A stretch of DNA of 64,000 nucleotides from Chiloscyllium plagiosum (Eukaryota), in assembly GCF_004010195.1 (NCBI RefSeq), contig NC_057753.1:7004273-7068272 (forward strand), in the 5' to 3' direction. Position 1 is the stretch's first letter. Each line of letters begins with the position of its first letter. This document shows positions 12,990 through 25,348 of the stretch, piece by piece. The notes under the pieces were generated by a model. That model made no database searches. It saw only the letters and a program-made list of their open reading frames with translations, and was not told the origin of the DNA. The translations under genes and the position numbers were made by a program.

Positions 12990-13590
12990 CCTAGTGGTAT
13001 GGACGAGGCTGCGCTCCCTCAAAGTATTTAGAGAAGGGAGACTAGAACCTAACTGTTCCTTATTTTAAACGTTGATGTGATCTGGATATTACAAGTGTGA
13101 GGCAGCTAGTCAAACACTCGGCTTTAAGCAAAACAGAATTATTTAAATACGACAGTTGAAACTACAACGAAGGAATACATAACTTAGAATAACTAACTTA
13201 ACAATCTGAAATACAATTAATTCAATATAGCGACTTAATTGTGCAACGGTTCGAATTCCCACAACGCTCATAAACACATCCCTTGGCAAAACGTAAATTC
13301 AAACTTAGATTTTTACAGGTAGGAGGGATGTCAGAGAGAAAAGCCAGTAAGTGATCATCTGCTGAAGCATGGAATCCTTTGCACAGTTGTGGCTTCTGCG
13401 CCTGCTAACAACAGCTTCTACGCTATAACTAAGCCAAACCGGACAAATTCGAACAGGGAGAACTAGTCACATCCATGCCATTGCTAAACTGGGCTCTTCC
13501 AAAAACGTATAGACACCTCTGTCATGAAGAAATCTCTTGAAAAAGAAACCCAAGGGTAAAATAACCTTATTGAAGTGACAGCATAGTCCT
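12990..13590 (-). mobile_element. Solo-LTR-like relic; paralogous copies at ~28600-29200, 42021-42095 (partial) and ~61440-62040
   Basis: Aligns by eye with 56655-57247, which lies directly upstream of a minus-strand gag relic. Shared blocks include aaacactc(g/a)g(c/t)tttaa.caaa.cagaat, caggaga..gatgtcaga and the terminal cagcat.gt. Confidence 0.6.
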
Positions 13591-14551
13591 TCCGGGTAGC
13601 AATTACATTAGGCAGTAATAAGTGCAAAATTACATGGAACTAAAGTTGTTAAATGGTGCATTAGCAACGCAACTAAATTGATACATATTCAGCTTCCTAT
13701 CTTAGCTAATATGTTGAGCAAGGTAGCTGAGAAGAATTGTCACTAATGCAACATAGAGAAGGTACATGGTGACCTCAGCTCGCTCCTTGTCTTGAAAATC
13801 CACTCAGTTGAACACTAGTTTCCAAGATCTCTTGACACGGTCCATGCACGCCTTTTGCAGAAAATTCCACGTCCCAGATCTAATCGCACTTTAATTAGCA
13901 GGAATCTGTGAGATCAAACTCATCACTCAACGAAAGATTAATAAAAACTAACCTGAACTGAAAAACATTCAGTCTTTATTGAGAAAAAAAGCCACATGCA
14001 GTGTTTCTGGGTAAAAAAAGAGGGAGAAACTAAAGGATCCCGGCACTCTCCAAGTCTATTGCACCTTCACAAAGAAAAAGAGTAAAATCATATATTTTTA
14101 AATATGCTGAGAAATTGCAGATTACATGAAATGTACGTCATGTGCAGTGCTGAACCTTTGCCTTATTAGTTTTACCAAATATTAATCACTTGCATCATTC
14201 CATAACTCTGTTTCTGTTGTATGGACATTTTGTTTAAGCTAAACCCTGCAGTTCAAATTATACAAGGAGCCATTAAGAAGATTACTGATGTTTTATCAAG
14301 CTTATACAATATGTGTCCATTCAGACTCGTCCTGAAAGCCGTTTCTGAACTTTTGCCACAAATCTGTTTAACTTGCTGATCCTTAATTCGAGAATTAGTC
14401 TTCTTTCCTATCATGCAATGTTAAACGTTCCCCACAATACCACACCTAGACCTGAGCATTCATAATACGGCAAGCTGCAAGAACAGACTGGGCACACATC
14501 TGATCTACCTGCAACATACTTGTGCAATTCTATGTTGCACGTTAAATGTTA

Positions 14552-16130
14552 ACAAGGAGGGGACATGAAAGGTCCTTAGTTGGTAGGATTAGGGAAAACC
14601 CTAAGGCTTTCTATAGGTATGTCAGGAATAAAAGAATGACTAGGGTAGGAATAGGTCCAGTCAAGGATAGTAGTGGGAAGTTGCGTGTGGAGGCTGAAGA
14701 GATTGGGGAGACACTGAACGAATACTTTTCGTCAGTATTCANNNNNNNNNNNNNNNNNNNNNNNNNNNNNNNNNNNNNNNNNNNNNNNNNNNNNNNNNNN
14801 NNNNNNNNNNNNNNNNNNNNNNNNNNNNNNNNNNNNNNNNNNNNNNNNNNNNNNNNNNNNNNNNNNNNNNNNNNNNNNNNNNNNNNNNNNNNNNNNNNNN
14901 NNNNNNNNNNNNNNNNNNNNNNNNNNNNNNNNNNNNNNNNNNNNNNNNNNNNNNNNNNNNNNNNNNNNNNNNNNNNNNNNNNNNNNNNNNNNNNNNNNNN
15001 NNNNNNNNNNNNNNNNNNNNNNNNNNNNNNNNNNNNNNNNNNNNNNNNNNNNNNNNNNNNNNNNNNNNNNNNNNNNNNNNNNNNNNNNNNNNNNNNNNNN
15101 NNNNNNNNNNNNNNNNNNNNNNNNNNNNNNNNNNNNNNNNNNNNNNNNNNNNNNNNNNNNNNNNNNNNNNNNNNNNNNNNNNNNNNNNNNNNNNNNNNNN
15201 NNNNNNNNNNNNNNNNNNNNNNNNNNNCTCCACTCATTCTCCGTGTCCCATCTCTCAAAACTCCCTCTTTCAGTTTAGAAATATTGTTCACTTTTGGATG
15301 TGATGCGGTTATAACTGAGTAGCAAAAAACTATAAAGACTTGAGGGAGGAAGTGTTAATTGAAATGGAAGATTAGTTGGGAAGACGATGGGGCAGTAATG
15401 GGAGGACTATCTGGTAGTAATTAGGAGGCACAGCTGAAACTCATCCCTCTCAGAGGAGGACAAGGCAACCGTAGCTGACAAGGGAAATCATGGACAGTAG
15501 AAAAGCAAATGAAGAAAACATACAACGTGGTGAAGATTATTGGGAATGTAAGGAATTAGGAAACCTTTAAAAACCAGCTGAAACAAAAAAGATGAAATAT
15601 GAACGGGTGCAGAGGAGGTTTACCAGGATGTTGCCTGGTATGGTAGGAAGATCGTATGAGGAAAGGCTGAGGCACTTGTGGTTGTTTTCATTGGAGAAAA
15701 GAAGGTTTAGGGGTGACTTGATACAGGTGTACAAGATGATTAGGGGGTTAGATAGGGTCGACAGTGAGAATCTTTTTCCACGTATGGAGTCAGCTATTAC
15801 AAGGGGGCATAGCTTTAAATTAGGGAGGGGGTATGTATAGGACAGATGTTAGGGGTAGGTTCTTTACTCAGCGAGTCGTGAGTTCATGGAATGCCCTGCC
15901 AGTAGCAGTGGTGGACTCTCCCTCATAATGGGCATTTAAGCGGGCATTGAATAGGCATATGGAGGATAGTGGGCTAGTGTAGGTTAGGTGGGCTTGGATC
16001 GGCGCAACATCGAGGGCCGAAGGGCCTGTACTGTGCTGTATTCTTCTATGCTCTATGTTCTAAGTGGGCTTGGATCGGCGCAACATCGAGGGCCAAAGGG
16101 CCTGTACTGTGCTGTATTTTTCTATGTTCT
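14552..16130 (+). mobile_element. CR1 LINE insertion spanning assembly gap 1, with a duplicated 3' tail
   Basis: Translates as RIRENPKAFYRYV...LNEYFSSVF before the gap and ERVQRRFTRMLPGM...RGDLIQVYKMI after it. Candidate TSD ATGTTA at 14546-14551 and 16131-16136. Absent from units 2 and 3 (empty site aaatgctccagcaagga). Confidence 0.85.
14742..15227. other. Assembly gap (486 N)
   Basis: Run of N. Confidence 1.
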
Positions 16131-19100
16131 ATGTTATAGCAAGGAACACAATGTGCGCTAGAAGAAAAGCATTTAGCTCATGAGTTGGACCAAGGTTGCA
16201 TCCCTGAGCCCTTTGTTAATTGCCAAACACAATACCAGTCCACCATTGCCTCGGCTGTTTGCACCCTCAACCAAACACATTTTACTCAGAAGACTTCAAT
16301 CTTGACTTACTGCTTCGCATGAACTCAGAGCTGGATTGTTGTCAAGGTTTCACCAGGCTTCATTCGAGTCAAGATAGAGATCTTTTGCACAGGGGCTCCG
16401 CAGCACAGTAACTCTGCGACAGACTCTGGTGGTAGTCAAGAGAATTTGGCACAGTCAATCAGACACTCAAGACAATCCGTGTCAGGATGCACACCGATCA
16501 AGTACGTTTGGAGCCAACTGTTGTATGTCCAATGGTGTTGGATTGAAGGCCAACATTTGGTGCCAATGTCTACTTCTCCTTGAACCAAGGGTCTATGTCA
16601 TCTATGGCCTTCGGCAGTCATGACTCCACAAACACTAAAAACTATCTCTTGAATATATTCAGTGATGTGTCCACCAATGTTTGCTGTAGGAGAGAACTCC
16701 ATGTGTTCACTGTTCTCTAATTGAAGAAATGTTCTCTCAACTGAGTCGTACCCCATATCCAGAGACTTCGACACCTGGTTATAGAGTCGCCAACCAGGGG
16801 AAGTATGCTCCCTGAATCAGTCAGTCCAGCAACGTTAAAAAGTATACTTTACAGTCATATCATCTCACATCTTTCTAAATTATATTGAATAAACGACAAC
16901 TCAAAACAATCTCTCCTCGAGACCAGTTCTGCTGTCTCTCGTGACAACCGTGTGAACCTCCACTGCAAGTCCACTCTGTCAAGTGCACTCTGTCTCAGCG
17001 AGTGAGAACAAAACCACTCGTGATTCTCTAAGCGTGGTCTCACAGAGCCCTTCTAAAACTATAGTTTCGTTTACAGATTTAAGCCAGGCCTAAAACAAAG
17101 AACGATAATTTGAAACTTTCCCTTTAAGGGTTTATGGCAACAGCAATTGGAGGTATAAACAGATGGACTCCTGAGACTTCACGTTTTGTTTAACAGAAGT
17201 GGGATAGAATGCAAGCAGTTCACTCTTGACCTGTATGTCAAACACAGCCGAATTAATGTCATTTAATTACTGTAAATACCTAGATTGATTTATCTCTAAA
17301 AAAAGCGTGATTGAGTCATATGGCAAGGTAACAGATCCTCCGATCCAAATAATCCGGTTGACAATGTTCTGAACTACATTTGACTTGCTGCACAAATGCT
17401 GTCTGAACTGTTTTGAGATTTCAGCGATTGCTACTTTCTGATACTTGCTTCAACACTCGAATTCTTTACTTCAATCAACGATTAATGGCTCCAAACCACG
17501 AAAATGCAACAGGTGATCATGTCGTTCTGTTCTCTAATGTGAGAGAGATGACTGGTGGTAGCTTTAGCCTGAGATTCCGAACACCCCAGACGTGGAGAGA
17601 GGTTAGGAAGGAGAGTCATTCATGCTGACTTCATGTCTTATGCTAATCTGCTCTGCTGCTCTCAATGTGCATTGCAAACAAGGCATCGAACCAACTAAAA
17701 TAATCGACACTGTCCCAGAAGGTAGTTTGTTAATGCATGTATAAGCAGGAGAGTTCATTATATGGCTGAAACCTACATTAAAACAAATAAATTTAAATTG
17801 ATTAATTTAGGCAAACATAATGACTTTCGACAAAAGCTATTGGCAGATGCTTCTGGCCAATAGGAACATTTCATGAGCAGAATATTTCTTTTCTCTGGAG
17901 CAAAGGCCACAAATCCTGCTTCTGCCTAGATACCACAGTTGGAGATATCCACTCGGTGGTGTCGCTGTAGTCTAGAACTACCAACAGAAAATATTCAGTT
18001 TGTGCGTGCATCGGCTGCTTTAAAGTGATCACAAGTTCACAATATTTCGCAAAAGACCGTCCTCTTTGTTCAAAATAGTGCCGAATGAAAATGATTTGCG
18101 ATTCACGAGATATGCTTCAACGAGGTGGATTCCTGAAGGAAATAGACAAAAGCTAATATTTTCGAGGTGACACAGCAGCACAAGATTCGCTTCAAATTAA
18201 GTTCGTTGAAGGACATCTATCTTGAATCAGTGCTCACGCAGTTTTGTTCTGGAGCGAGAATTACTCTCTAGCCCATTAATGTTGCTTCTCTCCATTCTCA
18301 TCAGAGGACACATTTCACTCCTGAAACTATCCCACCGAAGCAATATTCCTCTTTTGTCCAGTAGACTGTGGAGGGCATAGAGCACAGGATAATGGGGTAC
18401 AATATCCCTTAGATGTTATGACTTGTCACCCAAGCCCTCCCATCTCATTGTTCAGGACATCCTTCCATCTGCCCAACAAATCCTTGACCCGGATTGTGCA
18501 CAGTCTTCCCGAAATTCTTATCAATCCGAGAATTCCGAACCAATGTGATACGGTTTCTTACCCATGATTTGCATCCTTCATATCTACCTGCACAGCTTGG
18601 CGCAGAAGTGAATATAGGAATGATTTGAATCTGTAATCCCAAAATAGCATCGCAGTAACTTAATACCTCACGGTACAGAAAAAAAAATAAACTCACAAGA
18701 TTCCTTAAAAATGCAGTCGAGTGTTTGAAAAATGACCTTCAACCTTAGGCAGATGTTCTTAGAAAATGCCCAAAGAATTCTCACAATTTCTGCTTTTGTT
18801 AAGATTCTACTTCAATTAGGTAAGATGTCAGAAAACGGCATACGGAATGATTAAATTGATAATCAAGTTTAGAAAATAAACTTGCACAAGATTATCTGGA
18901 CTGCATTTCGTTTTGAAGTCTCGATCAAATTACTTCAGGTATGCAACATTCTCCGCATGATTCTGAATCTGATTGCAGTCATAATCTAAACGTCATGCAA
19001 CTCTTCTGGTTTGATACAACACTTGTATGCCTTGACATATCAAGTGGACTTTTAAATACTTCTTAACTGTTCGAAGTATGTCTATCTTTTCTGCAAATAG

Positions 19101-20214
19101 GGATCGTGAGATCCACATTCCACTATCCTTTGAGTGATTCTTTTCCCTCACATTTCGTGTAACTTCTGCTCTTACTTGCTTTCTGTCCATCCTCCCCGCC
19201 CTGTAACAGATCCCTTCACCATTTTGTTTCCTGTCTTCGATGGCTATGTCCCTCATTTTTTGACAGTTTTTATACGTCCCCCCGAATCTTCCCTGATCCA
19301 AGGACAAAAAAAAATCCGTCTGCCGATGTACTCCATAATTACAACTCCAGAAACTAGAAAGTTTTGTGGTTAATCTTTTATGAACCATTTCAGTTACAAT
19401 TATATCGTTCCAAAAGCTTTCAGAACTCTAACGGTGGTCTTATATTTTTTGCAACATTTCAGGGTACAGTGGTTTTTATTCTTCCACACAGACAGTTCCC
19501 AACATCTGTAACCAACTACGTTGAAGATTGCCATAATCTAACCTTATCATTCTCATACTGTACTGAAATCAAGGGATATGGCGGAAGGACAGCGCAATTA
19601 ATGTTGGATCAGCTGTGATCCCATTGAATGAAAGAACAGACTCGAGGGTAGGAACGGCCTTTTTTATTATTATTACATATGGTCGTATGGAACAAGACCA
19701 ATTTTCGGCGTTGACAGCAGAAAATCGGGGGATTGAAACAAAATTTGATGAATTCCTGTTTGATGGAATAATAAACCTCTTTAGTTCTGTTTACTGTCAT
19801 ATTTATTCGATTACCCCATGGAGTTACGGAAAGGGATGTCGGAGATCTTGATCATGTCATGCCAATGAGGTTTCGAACGATATTTAATATAATGTCACAC
19901 AAAATGCTCTTTGGAGAAGTGAAGTCCTTGGAATTGAAAGGACAGTGAGATGGGTAGTTTCAGTTAGAACATTGTTACAGCTGACATTTACGTTTGTCGA
20001 AAGCTTTTGGGCACATGTCTGAAACTAGAGGGAAATAAAACATTGGAAAACTCAAATAAAAATTTGGATGTCAGAGAACTGACAGTTCGTAGGTCAGAAA
20101 AATAAAACATTTTATTTAACTGACAGTTTGATCAGGGAGCCGACAATTTAACAGAAAACATGGTTAACTCTTAAAAACGTGGTTTGTCTAATTAATTTAA
20201 ACTAATGTGAGTGA

Positions 20215-20260
20215 TGATATCACATGAATAACTCTCTGGAGACCTGATGCGTTTATAAAT
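20215..20260 (+). promoter_or_regulatory. Putative core promoter of GPCR gene 1 (TGATATCA palindrome + TATAAAT)
   Basis: TATAAAT at 20254-20260 lies 73 nt upstream of the ATG. The same spacing is kept in paralogs 2 and 3. Confidence 0.5.
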
Positions 20261-20326
20261 ATTAGCAACTTGATCATGTACCAGCCACAGATATTCAGCA
20301 CCGACCGAAGTAATTGATTCCTGAGT

Positions 20327-20396
20327 ATGGGGAAACCATGGATTTGGCTCATGAAAGAAATATGTTATCCGATTCTAGCAGTTATTTGCATTCCAG
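20327..20396 (+). CDS. GPCR gene 1, exon 1 (MGKPWIWLMKEICYPILAVICIP)
   Basis: Runs from ATG to a CCAG|GTAAAT donor; 70 nt, phase 1. It supplies the N-terminus and the first half of TM1 missing from the 22990 ORF, and is conserved in all three units. Confidence 0.9.
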
Positions 20397-20669
20397 GTAA
20401 ATCTTCCTAATCTGTTTGTTTTTGAGTCAGTGTTTTTCTTTCATGCTAATGCCCTATTGTGGAAAGATCTATTTGCCATTGCCAAAACAGTGTTACAACA
20501 ACAAAATCAACAATGATTTGTGGGCATTTTCCAATCTTCCTACTTTCTCAAAATATTACTGGTGTAATAATAATGTAATATAACTGACGTCTGCAATTTT
20601 GTTTTTCCTTAATCCTTACACTGTCAAACTATAGTGGATAGAATACCGACAGTACTGCCATACGAAAGG

Positions 20670-20975
20670 GTCAGTAGCTCGTGGTACGAACTGCTGCCTC
20701 ACAGCACAACGGACCTGAGCACGATTCCATCTCGTTCCACAGTCTGGATATAGCTGGTTCTGGTTGCCTCCCATAGTGGAAAACTGTGCGCGTTACGTGG
20801 ATTGGCAGTGATAAATTGCCCATTGGGTGCAGGATGTTTAAATTAGGTGCATAAGCCTTCGATAATCCCTGGGAAACCTGATGAGACTCATGGGTCTTGA
20901 TGGGCTGCTCTTTGGAGATGAGTGTGCAGTTGTTGGACTGAATGGCCTGTATTCACCTGTAATGATGCTATGAAT
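20670..20975 (+). mobile_element. Degenerate HE1/V-SINE-like SINE in the GPCR intron (paralogs ~35820-36150 and ~47510-47810)
   Basis: ctgctgcctcacagc head, gtggattggc..tg.taaattgcccat core and gttggactgaatggcctgt tail. Confidence 0.6.
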
Positions 20976-21989
20976 TACATGGCTTGTGTTCAAATGTTGG
21001 CAGTAAGTATCTTCACATGCATTTGAATCATGCATTGATACATTGATATAACTCTGAGGTGTGGTGATGCAATAGTGATATATTTGCTGAATTATTAATG
21101 CAGAGACTCAGATGATGTTCTGGACTGTTGCGTATGAATTTCGACACAGTCAGCCTTGCGTTATGAATTTCTGAACAATATAGAAATAATGCAATGCTGG
21201 CACACACATATATAAGCCTACAGGGTGAATTTGCATTCGCAGAATTGTATCTGTAAATACATTGTACTCTGTTCAAAAAGTACGTAACGTGTAGACAATC
21301 ATTTTTAAAAAATAATCCATGGAACATTTTATGAATTCCTACTTTGGAATAGTGCAATTCTGACACAAGGTTTGAATACTTATGGACTCTAACCTCACAC
21401 TGCAAATGTATTGCCCGAACTGAGATGTCATCTTTTTTACGAACACCTTACGTTAACTCGGGAATGTGACTTGTAAAAAGTTCTGAGGTTTACATTATAA
21501 TGAATCAAAAACTGCAAACCTTTCTCAAATATGAAAGACTTAACACCACTCTAGGTTTGTTCAGTATGACTCATCAGTGTATGAGATTTTGATCTTTTGT
21601 GATAAATTCTACGTCCAATGATCCTACTCCATGGTGTACATGATAAAGGAGCAGGGTTTCGAAGGCTTGTACTTTCAAATAAACCTGCTGTAACAAAGCT
21701 GATGTCGTTTAATTTAAGACAAAACTCATCCACCACAGTCGAACACTGATACCTCCACATCATAATCCAATGACGACCAGATATCCATCGCTGATTATTG
21801 AGAAAACCTTACTAAGGTAACTAACGTTCGTTATGAAAGTTAAATACCATCCTTACCTCTTCAGGCCGATGCATAACATTACATTTGTCTCGTAATTTAG
21901 CTTTGGAGAATGAGACATGTGCAATGAGTGCCAGCTGAGCGCATGACACCGTCATCCAATGAATGATTTCTTTTTTTAAAATACTGACC

Positions 21990-22990
21990 AATTACTAGCG
22001 GCGTACCTCAAGGGTCGGTGTTGGATCCACTGCTGTTCCTCATTTTTGTGAATGACGTGGATGAGGGCTTAGAAGGATGGTTTAGTAAATTTGCGGATGA
22101 CACTAAGATCGGTGGAGTTGTGGACAGTGACGAAGAATGTAGTAGGTTACAGAGAGACATAGATAAGATGTCGAGCTGGGCTGCGAGGTGGCAAATGGAG
22201 TTTAATGTGGACAATGGTGAGGTGATACACTTTGGACGGAGTAATCGGAATGCAAACTACTCGGCTAATGGTAAGATTCTTGGGAGTGCAGATGAGCAGG
22301 GAGATCTCGGTGTCAAGGTATACAGATCCTTGAACGTTGCCACCTAGATTGACAGGGTTGTTAAGAAGGCATACTGTGTTTTGGTCTTTATAAATCGAGG
22401 GATTGAGTTCCAGAACCAGGAGGCTAAGGTGCAGCTGTACAAAGCTCTGGCACGGCCACACTTTGGGTATTGTGTACAATTCTGGTCACCACATTATAAA
22501 AAGGATTTGGAAGCTTTGAAAAGGTGCAGAGGACATTTAATAGGATGGTGCCTGGTGTGGAAGGAATGTCTTTTGAGGAAAGGCTGAGGGCCTTGAGACT
22601 GTTCTCGTTATAGAGAAGAAGGTTGAAAGGTGACTTAATAGAGACATACAAGATATTCAGAGGGTTAGATAGGGTGGACAGGGAGAGCCTTTTTCCAAGT
22701 ATGGGAACGGCAAACACAAGGGGACAAAACTTTAAAGTGAGATTAGACAGATGTCAGAGGTAGTGTCTTTACTCATAGAGTAATACGGGCAACGAATGCT
22801 TTACCTGCAACGGTAGTAGATTCGCCAAGTTTAAGTGCATTTAAGTTGTCATTGGACAGGCATATGGATCGACATGGAATAGTGTAGGTGGGAAGGGCTT
22901 CAGATTAGTATGACAGGGCAGCGCAACATCGAGGGCCAAAGGGCCTGTACTGCACTTTAATGTAATATGTTCTATGTTCTATATGTTCTA
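21990..22990 (+). mobile_element. 5'-truncated CR1 LINE inserted at the 3' end of the gene-1 intron
   Basis: Translates as ITSGVPQGSVLDPLLF, SKFADDTK and [15 protein letters not shown]; (TATGTTC)n tail; candidate TSD TGACC at 21985-21989 and 22991-22995. Absent from paralogs 2 and 3. Confidence 0.92.
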
Positions 22991-23014
22991 TGACCTTCTC
23001 AATCTCTCTTACAG

Positions 23015-23913
23015 CGAATTCGATGACAATTTTGATTCTCTTGAGAGGCGACTGTGGTCTTTCCAAGTGTATCTCGGTTTACATGGTGGCTATGGCAACT
23101 TCAGATCTATTGGCCATTATCATTAATTCTGTAGTGTATCGCATTTTGAACTATTATTTTCCATTTTCCTTCTTGTCTCACACACCTGTATGCTTATTCA
23201 TTGCATACATGAGTGCCATATCTCTCGATATAACTGTTTGGTTCACCGTATCCTTCACATTTGACAGATTTGTGATGATTTGTTGTCAGGAGTTTAAAAG
23301 AAAGTATTGCACAAAAATAACCGCAATCACATTATTAATAATCGTCTCAGCCCTGATCCTATTGAAGAATATTCCGGTGTTGTTTGCATATGAGCCTGAG
23401 AAGATCGTTCAAAACGTCCAGTGGGGCTGTAGAACAAGAGCAACTTTCTTTGCTTCACCTCTTGCGATGACGTTTGTCTGGTTTTACAGTGCCTCGGTTG
23501 CGTGGATTCCATTTCCACTAATATTCGTGTTCAATTCTTTAACCGTCTACCGCATTTTCGTGGCAAATAGAAGGCGTAATGGACTCCAGGGACACAGAAA
23601 TGTGAATCATAGCAATTCAGTGGTCGAGAACCGGAGGAAATCTATCATTTTATTATTCACTGTGTCAATCAGCTTCATCGTGCTTTGGTTCACATATTCC
23701 CTGTGTTTGGCCATCACTCGAGTGTCACACCCTAATTATTACCGAGGCGACTTCGCAAACCCTGAATATATCGCAACGGAAACAGGAAATATCCTGAAGC
23801 TGCTGAGTTGTTTTGTTAATCCATGTATTTATGCAGCAACACAGAACAAATTCAGGGAATCGCTGCTGAATATGATGAAACCTTTATGGAAACAAACCCT
23901 CAGCATATGCTAA
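23015..23913 (+). CDS. GPCR gene 1, exon 2: class A 7TM orphan receptor, GPR139-like (322 aa after splicing)
   Basis: The ctctcttacag| acceptor joins in frame (G|CG = Ala). Motifs: TM1 Asn (PAN), TM2 AMATSDLL, TM3 Cys and FTFDRF (DRY variant), ECL2 WGC, TM5 WIPF..IFVFN, ENRRKSIILLF, TM6 SF..LW, TM7 NPCIY and helix 8 KFRE. No internal stops. Confidence 0.93.
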
Positions 23914-24510
23914 AATGTATAAACAGAATCCTTATTTTCAAAGTACAACAACGTAGCTGAGTTTTCATCTCATTTATTTCTAAAACAATAGGTTTTTCTT
24001 CGACTCTGTTAATGTACGTTTTAAAAAAGTTGTTAGCTTACATTACTTAGTTTTGCTGTGAGACAATTTATTCGGAATATTTTTCTGTTCTTTATCCTTT
24101 TTTTGTGATGTTACAAATAGCATATTCATTCAAAGGGGACAAATTTCAAATTGTGAATCAATATTTTTAAAAAGTATAATGAAGTCGGAAGTGATGTCTC
24201 ACCTATGAATTAATATCAAAAGAATCTGAGCACATATCAGGAGCCAATGTGGCACTTCTGCTTTTAAGTTTGGACTGGAAACAATCCGAGATTGGTGTCT
24301 TGTTTGACAATTCAACTAAGGTGTGTGTGTTTGTGTGTGTGTTTGCGTGAGAGATTTGTTTTTTTCTGTGTTTGTGTTAATGTTTGTGTTTGTTTGAAAA
24401 GATTCACTACGCTGAACCATGACGTTTTTTTGGCAATGTGAGTGGATAGAATAGATCTGCAGTTTGGAGACAACTTCCTAGTTCTTATTCTGTCCAGAGA
24501 GTCAAAAATT

Positions 24511-24724
24511 TGACTTTCACAGAGCTGAGAGTGTGTTGCTGCAAAAAGCATTGAAAGTCAGGCAGCATCCGAGGAGTGTGAACACTGCTGATGTGCTCTG
24601 GCCCGAAACGTCGGTTTTTATGCTCCTGGGATGCCGTCTGACTTGCTGTGCTATTCCAGCAACACATTCTCAAGTCTGATCTTAGCATCTGCAGACCTCA
24701 CTGCCTCCCTGACTTTCACAGAGC
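24511..24724. mobile_element. Short palindromic Penelope-derived element downstream of gene 1 (paralogs ~38890-39020, ~39465-39670 and ~50193-50407)
   Basis: Inverted arms gagagtgtgttgctg...ggcagcatcc / ggatgc..tctgac...cagcaacacattctc, flanked by the direct repeat TGACTTTCACAGAGC (24511-24525 and 24710-24724). Confidence 0.7.
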
Positions 24725-25052
24725 GTCATTTAGCAAAACCACTCTGACGAGCCAACACTCAGATGAGACCGAAATTCTTGTAGACTGCAAGTAGTCAGTC
24801 AGAAACACAGGAAAAAAAATTGAGAAAAGAGCTGGAGAATATGGTGAAATATCTATAGACACAAATCTGAAGACTTGATAAAAATGCGGACGAACATACA
24901 TGTTTTATCAAAAGACTCCTTGATAATTAATCTTAGTTTCACCTCTTTTACTGTCATCCTTACTTACTGAACACCTAAAATAAAAGATTGCACGTTGTGT
25001 TTTGCGTGCACATTCTTTTGAATTCCTATTGGATATTTGCTGTGGTTGACTT

Positions 25053-25348
25053 TAGAACAAAGTAAATTGAACAAAGTGATTTTGCAGCCAAGGAACAGAC
25101 CCTTCGGACCGCCAAGCCTGAGACGTTCCAAATGTATTGTCATAACTTGTCGGTCACTTCCTAAGCATTTGTATTCCTCTGCTCCCCACCTATTGAATCA
25201 TCTGTCCAGATGCATATTAAATGAATCTCCCGTGCCTGCCTCTACCACCTCTGCTGTTCCAAACGCCCACCACCCTCTTGGTGATGTACTTGCTGCGTGT
25301 ATCCCCCTTAAACTTTCCACCTCTCAGCTTGAAAGCGAGACCTCTCGT
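25053..25348 (-). mobile_element. CR1 LINE 3' end running into gap 2
   Basis: Minus-strand translation TRGLAFKLRGGKFKGD.R.KY.TKRVVGVWN. Not present at the homologous site in units 2 and 3. Confidence 0.8.

Larger units (their letters stand above)
12534..25050 (+). repeat. Segmental duplication unit 1 (contains GPCR gene 1)
   Basis: Collinear with 27873-40000 and 42021-50735. Homology to unit 2 begins at gatgcaac(a/g)gag(c/a)acgtctatattttt (12534 and 27873). Confidence 0.9.

Noticed and set aside
14546..15322. Long ORFs spanning N runs (also 25037-25938)
   Set aside because: Artefacts of translating assembly gaps.
17413..17628. ORF conserved between units 1 and 3 (44261-44461)
   Set aside because: Non-ATG starts and indels in unit 2; the similarity is explained by recent duplication.
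17800..18800. Possible hidden exon or pseudogene in the conserved upstream block of each unit
   Set aside because: I found no open frame or splice pattern shared across units and recognised no motif. A translated search would be needed to exclude an ancient TE.
22990..23014. ORF-track starts for the GPCRs (22990, 37393, 48837) as single-exon genes
   Set aside because: These starts lie in the LINE tail, in intron sequence or within TM1. A conserved upstream exon with canonical splice sites completes TM1.
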